A stretch of DNA of 64,000 bases from a virus. The translations under genes were made by a program, and so were the position numbers. Position 1 is the stretch's first letter. Each line of letters opens with the position of its first letter. A model generated the notes under the pieces. The model had not been told where the DNA came from. It did no database searches and saw only the letters and a program-made list of their open reading frames with translations. The stretch lies in IMG/VR virus record IMGVR_UViG_3300008259_004660, positions 64,001 to 128,000 of that record; one strand, given 5' to 3'. This document shows positions 8,857 to 18,115 of this stretch, piece after piece.

Positions 8857-9387
8857 TTAGTAGGGATTGTTGCTCTTGATCCATTCCTCAAGGTCAGCCT
8901 CGCTTGGAGGCGTTACGCCGAGCTTCATCACGTTATCCATTGAGGTATAGACCCTTGTGCCGTCCAATAGGCGCAACCCGATGCGATATGAGTTTGGGCG
9001 AAAGCTGTCCCTACCTTTCCAAACCACTTCACCCTTCGTTCCCTTGGCTACCTTGCGGCCCTTGACTACCTCAACCTCGCAGCCAACGTCGATAAACGCA
9101 CGGCGACCCATCAGCACGCTGTACGCCATCTTGGGGCCAACCTCACGGTTCCACCAAGCACGCGCCTTGGCTACCACTTCCTCCGTAGCGTCAGCGCGGT
9201 GATACTTGCTTGGGGCGTATGCGCGAGTGGTGCCGTCATCAATGGTGCGCACGCAACCCTGCTCTTCGTCCCAAACCGTCGCGTAGAAATCCGAGTCGTG
9301 ATAGCCGTTGCGCTCGCTGGTTCCAAGCACGCAACCCGTGAAATCACGGTCATAGTCACAAACCTTGGCTTCAATGATGGTACTCAT
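8857..9387 (-). CDS. hypothetical phage protein with KOW-like segment
   Basis: GYHDSDFYA and VEVVKGRKVAKGTKG; same promoter/GCACTATG cassette on the - strand. Confidence 0.75.
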   Translation of the reverse strand: MSTIIEAKVCDYDRDFTGCVLGTSERNGYHDSDFYATVWDEEQGCVRTIDDGTTRAYAPSKYHRADATEEVVAKARAWWNREVGPKMAYSVLMGRRAFIDVGCEVEVVKGRKVAKGTKGEVVWKGRDSFRPNSYRIGLRLLDGTRVYTSMDNVMKLGVTPPSEADLEEWIKSNNPY

Positions 9388-9665
9388 AGTGCAGCCAGTT
9401 TGATCAAATATTTTTAAAAGGTAAAGAAAAAAATGATGTACATTGAATTTTTCGCATCAACAAAATTTGTGTAGGAGTTGGTGCCCTACTCTTGGAGTTT
9501 CATCTCCTCATCTAGTCTCTTCGGGATCTTGCCCTACTCTCGACTACCAAAACAGTCTAGCAGAGTTTTTAAAAAATACCATCAAATAAACTTTTGTAAG
9601 TCGTTGATGAATTTTCTCAACTTTGTTCTTTACTTTTTTATTTTTTCCATCAAGATGTATGCACA

Positions 9666-9929
9666 ATGAAGACCACATACGGTTCAGCGGTTCCGATCTA
9701 CTGCTCCACCAGTTTTGATTGGAAGGGCAATGTTGGATGGGCGGACGAAAGCAAACTCATCAAACTTGACACATATCATTCTTCTCTTAATTACAATGGA
9801 GTTGGTATCAAAAGCATCAAAACTGGTGAAGTTAAATATTTCGAGCCCATCTATGATGAAGATGGTTATGATGGCGAGTATATGATGTTTGGCTGCGACA
9901 ATATAAGTGTGCAGATTTGGAACTATTAA
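9666..9929 (+). CDS. hypothetical protein
   Basis: 87-aa ORF preceded by promoter cassette. Confidence 0.65.
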   Translation: MKTTYGSAVPIYCSTSFDWKGNVGWADESKLIKLDTYHSSLNYNGVGIKSIKTGEVKYFEPIYDEDGYDGEYMMFGCDNISVQIWNY

Positions 9930-9932
9930 AAA

Positions 9933-10115
9933 ATGAAACATTCTTTGGAACTTAATAAGAACCAACTAGTAGCTACATTGTGTGCGCTAGAATTGTTCTT
10001 GGAGGATTGTGAACGTGAAGAGCATCATGGCAGCAATCCTATTGACCCATCATTCAAGAAGGGTGTAGAACAGACCATCAAGAAGTTGAACAAAGAATAC
10101 AAGAAACTTTCTTGA
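9933..10115 (+). CDS. hypothetical protein
   Basis: 60-aa ORF; stop TGA inside the next -35 box. Confidence 0.6.
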   Translation: MKHSLELNKNQLVATLCALELFLEDCEREEHHGSNPIDPSFKKGVEQTIKKLNKEYKKLS

Positions 10116-10147
10116 CTTTTCATAAATCCTAGATCAACATCTGGACA

Positions 10148-11539
10148 ATGCAAATCGATACCACAGGTTTGCTTGAACCTCAATTCAAGCACGTGCAGAA
10201 GCTCGTAGACTCACTGTATCTTAATGGTCATGCCGTGGATATGAGTGAGACGGGCACCGGAAAGACTTATGCGGCAGCGGCGGTCATTCGCGAAATGAAT
10301 CGTCCATTCGCCGTGATTTGTCCCAAGAGTGTTATTCACCAATGGGAAAAGATTCTGGCCAGCTTCAAACTTAAAGCCACTACACTGATCAACTATGAAA
10401 AGCTTGGTCGTGGAAACACCAAGTATATGAAGTGGAAGAAGTTGCCGGATCCCGTGCGTCCTTATCAGGAGAATGCCACTGCCGAACTTCCTCAGTTCAA
10501 TTTCGATCCCAACACATTAATTGTGGTTGATGAGGGTCACAAGTGCAAAGGTAATAACACCAGCAACAGTTGGATGATGATTGCACTAAAGCTTCAAGGA
10601 TATCGTGTACTGGTATCTTCCGCCACTGTTGCAACGTCTCCTCTTGAGATGCGTGCGTTTGGGTTTTTGACCAATCTCCATGCTCTCTACAACTTCAGAG
10701 ATTTTTGCCGAGTGCATGGTGCGGAATTGCTTCCACAGTATGGCGCGATGAGTTTCAATCTTGCGAGCCAAGCTGCACGCGAGTCTATGCTGAGACTTAA
10801 TGAGTATCTTTTCGATACCAGCAAGTGCGCAAGTCGCATGAAGGTAGAGGATTTTGGCAAGCAGTTTCCAGAGTCCCATATTGTGGCGGAAGCATATGAC
10901 CTTGGGTCCAATGAAGCCAAGATTCAATCCGTTTACGATGATATGGACGCCGAGTTGGCCAAGCTTGAAGAGAAGGCTCAGAACTACAGCGAACACGTGT
11001 TTGCCGTGATGATGGAGGCTCGTCGCAAGGCAGAACTTTGCAAGGTGCCGCTATTCGTTGAAATGGCGGAAGATCTCTACGACGAAGGTAAGAGCGTTGC
11101 GTTGTTTCTCAACTTCACTGATACTGTGGATGCCGTCGTCAAGCGTCTTGAGAAGATGCCGAAATTCAAGGACCAAATTGGCTACATTGTCGGCGGACAA
11201 ACTGACAAGCAGCGCATTTCTGACATTGAGGCATTTCAATCCGACAAGAAGCGAGTGATGGTGATCAATATCGCTGCTGGCGGAACGGGTGTTTCATTGC
11301 ACGACCTCAATGGCAAATTTCCACGCGCCAGCATCATCAGCCCCAATTGGAGCGCATACAATATGCGCCAAGCATTGGGTCGAATCTGGCGCTTGGAAGG
11401 CAAGACCAAGAGTTATCAGCGCATTGTTTACGCTGCCAAGTGCATCGAGGAAAATATCTGCCATCGCGTTCAAGCCAAGTTGCAGTGCCTCGACACGCTC
11501 AACGACGGTGACCTCGCTGAGAGTTTGACTTTGGTGTAA
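10148..11539 (+). CDS. Superfamily II (SNF2/DEAD-like) helicase
   Basis: Walker A ETGTGKT, motif II VVDEGH, motif III SAT, motif VI QALGRIWR. Confidence 0.9.
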   Translation: MQIDTTGLLEPQFKHVQKLVDSLYLNGHAVDMSETGTGKTYAAAAVIREMNRPFAVICPKSVIHQWEKILASFKLKATTLINYEKLGRGNTKYMKWKKLPDPVRPYQENATAELPQFNFDPNTLIVVDEGHKCKGNNTSNSWMMIALKLQGYRVLVSSATVATSPLEMRAFGFLTNLHALYNFRDFCRVHGAELLPQYGAMSFNLASQAARESMLRLNEYLFDTSKCASRMKVEDFGKQFPESHIVAEAYDLGSNEAKIQSVYDDMDAELAKLEEKAQNYSEHVFAVMMEARRKAELCKVPLFVEMAEDLYDEGKSVALFLNFTDTVDAVVKRLEKMPKFKDQIGYIVGGQTDKQRISDIEAFQSDKKRVMVINIAAGGTGVSLHDLNGKFPRASIISPNWSAYNMRQALGRIWRLEGKTKSYQRIVYAAKCIEENICHRVQAKLQCLDTLNDGDLAESLTLV

Positions 11540-11547
11540 ACCATTGG

Positions 11548-11588
11548 AGTGGCGGGGGATGTGAGTGGTATCCATCCCTCGCCACTTT
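11548..11588 (+). terminator. GC-rich intrinsic terminator
   Basis: AGTGGCGGGGGATG/CATCCCTCGCCACT stem plus T's. Confidence 0.7.
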
Positions 11589-11630
11589 ATTCTCGACTTT
11601 TTATAAAACATCAACCATACTGCTTGCACG

Positions 11631-11900
11631 ATGAACAACACCCTCACGTTTCACTCTGACGCTGGTCACGGTTGGCTGGAAGTCTCTGATCGCGATCTGG
11701 CTGATCTTCACGCCACTCCGAAGTACTTCTCTGGTTACAGCTATCGCAAGGGCAACCGCTACTTTCTTGAGGAAGACTGCGATGCGCCGAAGTTCATTGC
11801 CTTGTTCAAAGCTAAGTATGGTGAAAAGCCCACCATTGAAGAGCAGTATCACGATGGTGACTTTGTTGAGGACAACAATCTGAACAGCATCCGATTCTAA
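11631..11900 (+). CDS. hypothetical phage protein (DxGHGWL motif)
   Basis: HSDAGHGWLEV, YFLEEDCDA. Confidence 0.75.
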   Translation: MNNTLTFHSDAGHGWLEVSDRDLADLHATPKYFSGYSYRKGNRYFLEEDCDAPKFIALFKAKYGEKPTIEEQYHDGDFVEDNNLNSIRF

Positions 11901-11901
11901 A

Positions 11902-12183
11902 ATGAAAACATCCACACTTCCTGTAAATTATGTGAACTGCCGATGCGTTACTATGAGCGCATTGGCAGGAATAAGTCGGGATGCTTCTGAAGCAATCAGC
12001 AGCCTGTATATTTCAGACATTGATCTGCATCTTGGACATAATGGAACTGGCACACTTATTTCCAATCGTGCTTTCATTGATCTGTTGGCAAAGGTTGTGC
12101 CAAACAAGCATCTTGGCTACGAGCAAATCATTCAAGCCATCAATGATCTTGACGACGACATTCACATCGACCTTGAGAATTAA
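11902..12183 (+). CDS. hypothetical protein (IDLEN family)
   Basis: Ends HIDLEN, like 17786..18103. Confidence 0.65.
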   Translation: MKTSTLPVNYVNCRCVTMSALAGISRDASEAISSLYISDIDLHLGHNGTGTLISNRAFIDLLAKVVPNKHLGYEQIIQAINDLDDDIHIDLEN

Positions 12184-12223
12184 TCCTTGACTTTTTATAA
12201 ATTATCCCTAGACTGATTGGACG

Positions 12224-12424
12224 ATGAAAACCTACCGCATCTACACTCCTTGGGACAACATCACCATTGAAGCGAAGAACGCCAAGCAGGCTCGCATTGA
12301 AGCTGTGAAGCAACTGCTTTACGAGATTGAGACAGATTGCGGAGCTTCCCTCGACATTGAGGAAGTTGAAGAAGAGACGAATGGATTTGATGGCGTCGGT
12401 GCTGTTGACCAAACTGGCATTTAA
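12224..12424 (+). CDS. hypothetical protein
   Basis: Own promoter; MKTYRI..TIEAKNAKQA. Confidence 0.65.
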   Translation: MKTYRIYTPWDNITIEAKNAKQARIEAVKQLLYEIETDCGASLDIEEVEEETNGFDGVGAVDQTGI

Positions 12425-12464
12425 TCCTTGACTTTTTATAATTCTCTGTTAGAGTATTACCACG

Positions 12465-12701
12465 ATGAAAAACGAACTCGCAATCAAGCTCGTCGCTGCT
12501 GCCGACAAGTATCGTGCAGTTGAGCGTAACTATGAGGGTGCTGCTGAAGTGGTCCAATCAGATTACGAAGACCTCATCAGCATTGCTGGTATGATTGAAA
12601 ACAACGAGAGTAAGAAATCCATATCCAATGCTATGTGGAATCTTGACACTCTTGTGCGCGATGTTATTCCTGATAAAGTTTATAACGCTTACAACCGATG
12701 A
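12465..12701 (+). CDS. hypothetical protein
   Basis: Own promoter; 78 aa. Confidence 0.65.
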   Translation: MKNELAIKLVAAADKYRAVERNYEGAAEVVQSDYEDLISIAGMIENNESKKSISNAMWNLDTLVRDVIPDKVYNAYNR

Positions 12702-12862
12702 AAACATACACGGCTGAAGTTACTGTTCGTCTCAAGATCAACGCGAACAGTGAAGACGATGCGCGTTATGCGCTTCAAGAAATGGATTATTCGTTTGACT
12801 TTATTCAAGACCGCGCCGAAATTACTAGCTCCGAAATCACCGATCAACTCATCAAGGACTAA
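12698..12862 (+). CDS. hypothetical small protein (54 aa, not in track)
   Basis: ATGA overlap; MKTYTAEVTVRLKINANSEDDARY. Confidence 0.6.
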   Translation: MKTYTAEVTVRLKINANSEDDARYALQEMDYSFDFIQDRAEITSSEITDQLIKD

Positions 12863-12864
12863 CA

Positions 12865-13269
12865 ATGGCTAACTATTACGAACAGGCTCGCACCAATTAT
12901 TTCAACGTCAAGGACGCTGCTGCATTCCAAAAGTTTATTGAGACATTCAGAGGTATTGATCTTGTTGTTCAAGAGCAGACTGGACAGTATGCTCTGCTTT
13001 TTGACGAGACTGGCATTCCTTGTTCTATCTACGACGAGGAGACTGATGACCACATTGATGTTGATTTTCCTTACGAAGTTTCACAACATCTGACCGATGA
13101 CAGCATTGCTGTTTTCGAAGCGATTGGTAGTGAAAAGATGCGCTATCTTTGCGGCTATGCCATTGCGGTCAATAGCAAGGGAGAGCGTGAGGACATTAAC
13201 ATCTCTGAAATCTATGCACGCGCCAAGGAAAAGTTTGGCGTGAAAGAAATTGGCGAGGCGAGTTATTGA
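12865..13269 (+). CDS. hypothetical phage protein
   Basis: MANYYEQARTNYFNVKD; EKMRYLCGYA. Confidence 0.7.
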   Translation: MANYYEQARTNYFNVKDAAAFQKFIETFRGIDLVVQEQTGQYALLFDETGIPCSIYDEETDDHIDVDFPYEVSQHLTDDSIAVFEAIGSEKMRYLCGYAIAVNSKGEREDINISEIYARAKEKFGVKEIGEASY

Positions 13270-13309
13270 TCTTGACTTTTTATAAAATCTAACCAAACTA
13301 ACTAATACT

Positions 13310-13843
13310 ATGGGATACACAACTGACTTCAATGGTGACTTTGGTCTTGATAAGGTGCTCGCCCCCGAGCACAAAGCCTACTTGCAAAAGTTTGCTCAAA
13401 CGCGCAGAATGAAGCGCAAGGAAGAGCTTACGCTTGAACGCGAAGACCCTATCCGCGATGCTGCGGAACTTCCCGTCGGCTATGACGGTGCATATTTTGT
13501 CGGTGAATTGGGAGACTTTGGTCAAGGAATCGGACACAATCAAAAAGGCATTCCCGACCTTGTTGACTATAACAATCCTCCGTCTGGTCAGCCAAGTCTG
13601 TGGTGTCAATGGACTCCGAGCGATGATGGTTATTCAATCAAATGGGACGGTGGTGAGAAGTTCTATCATTATGTGGAGTGGATTGAGTATCTCATCGAAC
13701 ACTTCCTTAAGCCGTGGGGTTACACTCTTAACGGCGAGGTGGAGTGGTATGGCGAGGACGCCAATGATCGCGGCATGATTGTTATTGACAACAACGTTGT
13801 TAAGACCAAGATTGCTCGTATTGTTTACGAAGACGCCGAATAA
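13310..13843 (+). CDS. hypothetical phage protein
   Basis: MGYTTDFNG, WCQW, DGGEKFYHYVEW, LNGEVEW. Confidence 0.75.
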   Translation: MGYTTDFNGDFGLDKVLAPEHKAYLQKFAQTRRMKRKEELTLEREDPIRDAAELPVGYDGAYFVGELGDFGQGIGHNQKGIPDLVDYNNPPSGQPSLWCQWTPSDDGYSIKWDGGEKFYHYVEWIEYLIEHFLKPWGYTLNGEVEWYGEDANDRGMIVIDNNVVKTKIARIVYEDAE

Positions 13844-13844
13844 A

Positions 13845-14036
13845 ATGAGCAACAAGCAATACTATACAGACAACAAAGGTAGATGGATTGGTTCTGTCAC
13901 CACCGAAAGCAATGGTCGCAAGACCATTTTGGATAACAAAGGTGCTCTACTCGGTCGAGTGCACGATGGTAAGACACTTGACAACAAAGGAGCATTTTTT
14001 GGACGCGGAGATCAATCACAAAGACTGTTCAAGTAA
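13845..14036 (+). CDS. small beta-repeat protein
   Basis: Three DNKG-x-x-x-G repeats in 63 aa. Confidence 0.6.
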   Translation: MSNKQYYTDNKGRWIGSVTTESNGRKTILDNKGALLGRVHDGKTLDNKGAFFGRGDQSQRLFK

Positions 14037-14039
14037 AAT

Positions 14040-14315
14040 TTGATGACAAACAACGACACCGTAAAAATTCTTATCATTGATAGCGCCAAGACGCCGATTC
14101 ATACAGAGAAGTATGAATTCAATGCCACTGACGCTGATAAAATCAAAGAGACAATTCTTTCATCTCTTAATCGACTTGGCAAAGCAACACATGCATTAAT
14201 CAAGTACAAGAACGAGTATTTTATTGCAGATCATACTGCACAAGGTAAGAATATGTCTGAAACATATTATCGCCACAAGATCAAGTATCATCCGTTTATG
14301 AAGTATTTAGCATGA
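14040..14315 (+). CDS. hypothetical protein
   Basis: 91-aa ORF. Confidence 0.6.
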   Translation: MMTNNDTVKILIIDSAKTPIHTEKYEFNATDADKIKETILSSLNRLGKATHALIKYKNEYFIADHTAQGKNMSETYYRHKIKYHPFMKYLA

Positions 14316-14542
14316 ACATCTATCATCTAGACATCAAAGATAAAGAAGATCATCAGTTTGACATTGATTATCATTTTTCTCATCCTACAAAAGGTGCATC
14401 AAATCTGTATGATGATTTCTACACAGCATATGACAAGGTAAGTGAAAGTGAGAATGATTGGAACATTGTTGACATTTTAAATGAACTTGGTAATATGGGA
14501 TGGACAAAAGTAGATGTTCTAACGGTAGATGTCTTTTATTAA
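14312..14542 (+). CDS. hypothetical protein
   Basis: ATGA overlap; 76 aa. Confidence 0.6.
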   Translation: MNIYHLDIKDKEDHQFDIDYHFSHPTKGASNLYDDFYTAYDKVSESENDWNIVDILNELGNMGWTKVDVLTVDVFY

Positions 14543-14600
14543 AAAATTAAAAAACCATCACTTTTTTCTCGACAAATAGAATATATATGCTAAAGTAGAA

Positions 14601-14617
14601 TTGTTCTTTAAATAACA
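14601..14617 (+). promoter_or_regulatory. boxA-like antitermination element
   Basis: TTGTTCTTTAAATAACA after TG-extended -10; resembles rrn boxA TGCTCTTTAACA. Confidence 0.55.
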
Positions 14618-14619
14618 TA

Positions 14620-14810
14620 GATAGGTAAGCATCCCTTTGATGAACCTACGGTGCGCATATCGCGCCGCCAGAATAATACAAGCTACAGACAGAGATGAAA
14701 GAAGCAAGTAGAGATAATGGTGGAGAGAAAGCGACAAACAAACATAGACAAAGATCATTGCTTGGTTAAATCGTAGGCTGTGGATGGATGGAGAATCAGT
14801 CGGTTTGAAA
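14620..14810 (+). ncRNA. candidate ncRNA leading the fMet-like tRNA
   Basis: Nested CATCC/GGATG and CCTACG/CGTAGG pairings around a purine-rich interior. Confidence 0.35.
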
Positions 14811-14821
14811 AATAATTTTGT

Positions 14822-14896
14822 GGCAGGGTAGAGTATGCGGTAACTCGTCACGCTCATAATGTGAAGCAACGGATTCAAACGCCGTCCCTGCTCCCA
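14822..14896 (+). tRNA. degenerate initiator-like tRNA (CAT)
   Basis: Acceptor GGCAGGG/CCCTGCT, D stem GAGT/ACTC, loop CTCATAA, T loop TTCAAAC, encoded CCA; A.G mismatch in T stem. Confidence 0.7.
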
Positions 14897-14938
14897 ATTT
14901 TGTATGTGTCCTGCGACGGGGCATACAAGAAAAAAAGA

Positions 14939-14971
14939 AAAGACCACGCTCCCGAAGGCGTGGTCTTTTTT
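14939..14971 (+). terminator. intrinsic terminator
   Basis: AAAGACCACGC/GCGTGGTCTTT stem plus T tract. Confidence 0.85.
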
Positions 14972-15010
14972 CTTGACTTTTTTAAAAAAAGTCTCCAAGA
15001 TGTTCGCACG

Positions 15011-15157
15011 ATGAAACCCTGCGTCAAGGTTGGAAACAAACTCATTCCACGCAAAAACGTGGAGTTTATTGATATTGAAGAGTGTCCTCTTACTGGCAGA
15101 GATATCATCACGTTTGAATACAAAGGCAATATTCACAAGTCTTATCTCTTTATCTAA
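15011..15157 (+). CDS. hypothetical small protein
   Basis: Leaderless cassette ATG 15011; MKPCVKVGNKLIPRKNV. Confidence 0.6.
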   Translation: MKPCVKVGNKLIPRKNVEFIDIEECPLTGRDIITFEYKGNIHKSYLFI

Positions 15158-15158
15158 A

Positions 15159-15497
15159 ATGAACATCGACTCTATTAGCATCAATGAGTATGATCTGCCC
15201 ATGATCATTCGCAACAATGTGCGAATTGATTGGGTCAATCTTGGTGAAGGAAATGATGGGGATTATGACCCAACTGACAAGTATGATGAAAACCTTCTTC
15301 GTTTTGATGTTTATCGCTTCGACGGCAAGGAGTGGGAAGCTATTGAAGATGGTAGCTATTGCACTCAAGTAGCTGCTGGTACAGACCAAAAGATTTTGAT
15401 TGAACATCTTCGTCACTTTATGGACACCATCTATGACGATGTTTCCACACACGGCAAAGCAAAGCGACTCTGCGAACAGCTTTCTTGGATTGAATAA
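15159..15497 (+). CDS. hypothetical phage protein
   Basis: GEGNDGDYDP..LLRFDVY..SYCT motif. Confidence 0.7.
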   Translation: MNIDSISINEYDLPMIIRNNVRIDWVNLGEGNDGDYDPTDKYDENLLRFDVYRFDGKEWEAIEDGSYCTQVAAGTDQKILIEHLRHFMDTIYDDVSTHGKAKRLCEQLSWIE

Positions 15498-15537
15498 TTC
15501 TTGACTTTTTATAAAATTAATGTAGGATGGTCGCACG

Positions 15538-16257
15538 ATGAACGAACTACTCCTCGCCAAACTCAAGAAGCTCCTCAATCTCAGCAAGTCCGCCAACATT
15601 CACGAGGCGGAGCTTGCTCTCCAAAAGGCTACGGCAATGGCGGCAGAAGCTGGTATCGACCTTGCGATGGTAACTGCCAAGGCTGACAGCGAGGCTGAGA
15701 AGCTGGAAATGGTGCAGGAGACTGCCTTCAATGGCAAGCGTCTGCCTAGCCTTCAGAAGTATGCCTCTTGGCTCCTAAACAAGCATTTCAATGTCCACGT
15801 GATTTATTCTGGCGGGCGCTACTTTGGTCGCAGCGTCAACATTCTCGGAGACAAGCGTGATGTCGAGTTTGCCAAGTTCGTCAACGAGTTTGTGCAGGAT
15901 GATATGCAGCGCCGTTGGGAGTATTACAAGAAGAGCAACGGTTTGAGCGTGCGCATGAAAGACACTTTCATGTACAACCTTTGGCGTGGGTTGGACAGCA
16001 AGCTGACCGAAGCCAAGGCGGCGGCGGAAACTGCCAAGTTCAACGCTATGCCGCAGGAGCAGGTGGCGGACACCAAAGCTCGTTATGGCATCGTGATTTC
16101 GGACAAGAAGGCGGCGGTGCAGCAGTTCGTCAGCAAGACTTATCCCCGCTTGTCAAGCACAAGAATTTCGGTTCGCAACTTTTCTAACTCGACAGTTGCG
16201 ACGGATGGGTATTCAGTTGGGCGTTCAATGAACATCAGCCGCCCAATCGCATGCTAA
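15538..16257 (+). CDS. DUF2786-domain protein
   Basis: KLKKLLNLSKSANIHEAELALQKA N-terminus. Confidence 0.75.
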   Translation: MNELLLAKLKKLLNLSKSANIHEAELALQKATAMAAEAGIDLAMVTAKADSEAEKLEMVQETAFNGKRLPSLQKYASWLLNKHFNVHVIYSGGRYFGRSVNILGDKRDVEFAKFVNEFVQDDMQRRWEYYKKSNGLSVRMKDTFMYNLWRGLDSKLTEAKAAAETAKFNAMPQEQVADTKARYGIVISDKKAAVQQFVSKTYPRLSSTRISVRNFSNSTVATDGYSVGRSMNISRPIAC

Positions 16258-16736
16258 CCTATCGCCAAAATATCACCCACTACCCACAGTTGGGAGCATA
16301 CAACTGTGGGCCTGTGGCCCTTTCCTGCCTCTTTGACACCTCGTTGGAGCAACTGGAGAAAATGGTGGAATGCGACAAAGACAAGGGCACGTACACCACC
16401 AAGGTGGTTGACGCAATGAAGCGTGAGAAAATTGAGTGCAGCCATATCTCCCTTAATGGTGACGGTGAAAACCATCTGTGGTGGTTGGAGCTTAACTCCT
16501 ACCGTTGGCCCATCTACCTTGGTTGTCACTTCATCGTGCAGGGCAAGCGTGGTCGCCCCAGCAACCACCATCACGCTGTGCTGCTCGCGAATGGTATGAT
16601 CTATGATGGCAACAGCCATCGTGAGGAGCCAATCGGTGCTGTCGCAGAGAAGTTCAACAAGAAGTTTGTTGTGAAAGATGCAATCATCTTCCATCATGAA
16701 TTGAAGGGTTGGAAACAAAATTTGGAAGCCGCATAA
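16251..16736 (+). CDS. papain-fold (C39-like) cysteine peptidase
   Basis: Q..YNCGPVAL, HHAVLL, IYD give a Cys-His-Asp triad. Confidence 0.65.
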   Translation: MLTYRQNITHYPQLGAYNCGPVALSCLFDTSLEQLEKMVECDKDKGTYTTKVVDAMKREKIECSHISLNGDGENHLWWLELNSYRWPIYLGCHFIVQGKRGRPSNHHHAVLLANGMIYDGNSHREEPIGAVAEKFNKKFVVKDAIIFHHELKGWKQNLEAA

Positions 16737-16813
16737 CTTTTTTCACGAAAAATTAAATTTTTTGTTGACTTTGTTTGGAAATAAAATATTTATCGGTGAT
16801 CCCTTTTTCTCCG

Positions 16814-16936
16814 ATGAAGCTCATAATTTCCAGTGGTAAAATTTTAAAGGTCAATCACCCAAATCTTCCTATACCAGCCCCCACGCAATTACCCGCGCCA
16901 AGATTGGTCACAGAAAAAAAAGTGAAAAAGCCTTGA
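16814..16936 (+). CDS. 40-aa Pro/Lys-rich peptide behind a TATTTAT motif
   Basis: MKLIISSGKILKVNHPNLPIPAPTQLPAPRLVTEKKVKKP*; stop lies in the next -35 box. Confidence 0.35.
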   Translation: MKLIISSGKILKVNHPNLPIPAPTQLPAPRLVTEKKVKKP

Positions 16937-16968
16937 CATTTTTTATTTTTTAATCATCCTAATTAGCA

Positions 16969-17142
16969 ATGAACACTTACAAAGTACCTGTTACTTGGAG
17001 AGAGTATGGTCATGTCTTTGTCAAGGCAGACAGTATTGAAGAAGCTATTCAAAAAGCCCACGATGAAGATTTGCCCCACGACAACAGCGAATATCTTGAA
17101 GGTAGTTTTGAAATTGATTACGAGGGCGTTCGCGCAATCTAA
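16969..17142 (+). CDS. hypothetical small protein (57 aa, not in track)
   Basis: MNTYKVPVTWREYGHVFVKADSIEEAIQKA. Confidence 0.65.
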   Translation: MNTYKVPVTWREYGHVFVKADSIEEAIQKAHDEDLPHDNSEYLEGSFEIDYEGVRAI

Positions 17143-17148
17143 CCATAC

Positions 17149-17225
17149 GCGACCGTAGCTCAGTTGGATAGAGCAACAGATTTCTAATCTGTGGGTCGTG
17201 GGTTCGAATCCCACCGGTCGCGCCA
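17149..17225 (+). tRNA. tRNA-Arg(TCT)
   Basis: GCGACCG/CGGTCGC acceptor, loop TTTCTAA, GTTCGAATC, CCA. Confidence 0.97.
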
Positions 17226-17278
17226 TTCTAAAAATAATTCTTGACTTTTTATAAAAATCTGTCAACCTAATCAGCACT

Positions 17279-17746
17279 ATGGGACTAGATATGTATCTCA
17301 GCGCCGAGAAGTATATCTCGGGTTATGACCACGACAAGAATGAGAACTTCGGCAAAGTTCTTGATCTTTTTAATCTAAACGAGGATGATGTTCACAATTC
17401 TATCACGGTCAACATCACCGTTGGTTATTGGCGCAAGGCCAATGCCATTCATAATTGGTTCGTTCAAAATATACAGGATGGTAGGGATGATTGCCAACGC
17501 AGCTATGTTCGCCGCGAAAAACTACTTGAGTTGAAGAGTGAGTGTGAAGCTGCTCTTGCTGCCTACAACAATGGTGACAAGGATACGGCGGAAAACCTAA
17601 TTCCTCCTACTAGTGGATTTTTCTTTGGAAGCACCGAAGTTGATGATTGGTACAAGGCCGATTTGGTTGAAACCATCAAAATCATTAACACGTGTTTGAG
17701 TGATAAGTTAAATGGATTTGGATTTTACTACCAATCCAGTTGGTAA
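17279..17746 (+). CDS. hypothetical phage protein
   Basis: MGLDMYL, YWRKANAIHNWF, GFFFGST, YQSSW. Confidence 0.8.
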   Translation: MGLDMYLSAEKYISGYDHDKNENFGKVLDLFNLNEDDVHNSITVNITVGYWRKANAIHNWFVQNIQDGRDDCQRSYVRREKLLELKSECEAALAAYNNGDKDTAENLIPPTSGFFFGSTEVDDWYKADLVETIKIINTCLSDKLNGFGFYYQSSW

Positions 17747-17785
17747 TACTTGACTTTTCTTAAAAAGTATCCACACTTCTACTCA

Positions 17786-18103
17786 ATGAACGCTACGAAC
17801 ATCGAACCTCAAACCTGCCACTACATCACTGCCAACACGTTGGCAAAGATGAGCAAGAATGCTGCCGAGGCTATTGATGCCTTGTTCAACTCTGATTTGG
17901 ATGTTAGCTTTGGCGATGCTAATCGCACTCTGATCGACATCCCTCATTTCCTACGCCTATTGGAGGATGGTATGGAGCAGCAGGGTATTTTTTGGGTTCC
18001 TCTTGGCCCCGATGATGACGAGACGCACCACGCTGGTTACGAGGAAATCAAGAACGCGCTTGACGAATACACTAACGAAGTTTACATTGATCTCGAAAAC
18101 TGA
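17786..18103 (+). CDS. hypothetical protein (IDLEN family)
   Basis: SFGDANRTLI..EVYIDLEN. Confidence 0.7.
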   Translation: MNATNIEPQTCHYITANTLAKMSKNAAEAIDALFNSDLDVSFGDANRTLIDIPHFLRLLEDGMEQQGIFWVPLGPDDDETHHAGYEEIKNALDEYTNEVYIDLEN

Positions 18104-18115
18104 AATAACACCACG

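Noticed and set aside
14620-14896. tmRNA (short ORF plus tRNA-like end)
   Set aside because: The tRNA is self-contained with a CAT anticodon, there is no G3.U70 Ala identity, and the peptide lacks an ALAA-type end
14558-15238. 226-aa minus-strand ORF
   Set aside because: Antisense to a tRNA, a terminator and two + strand genes
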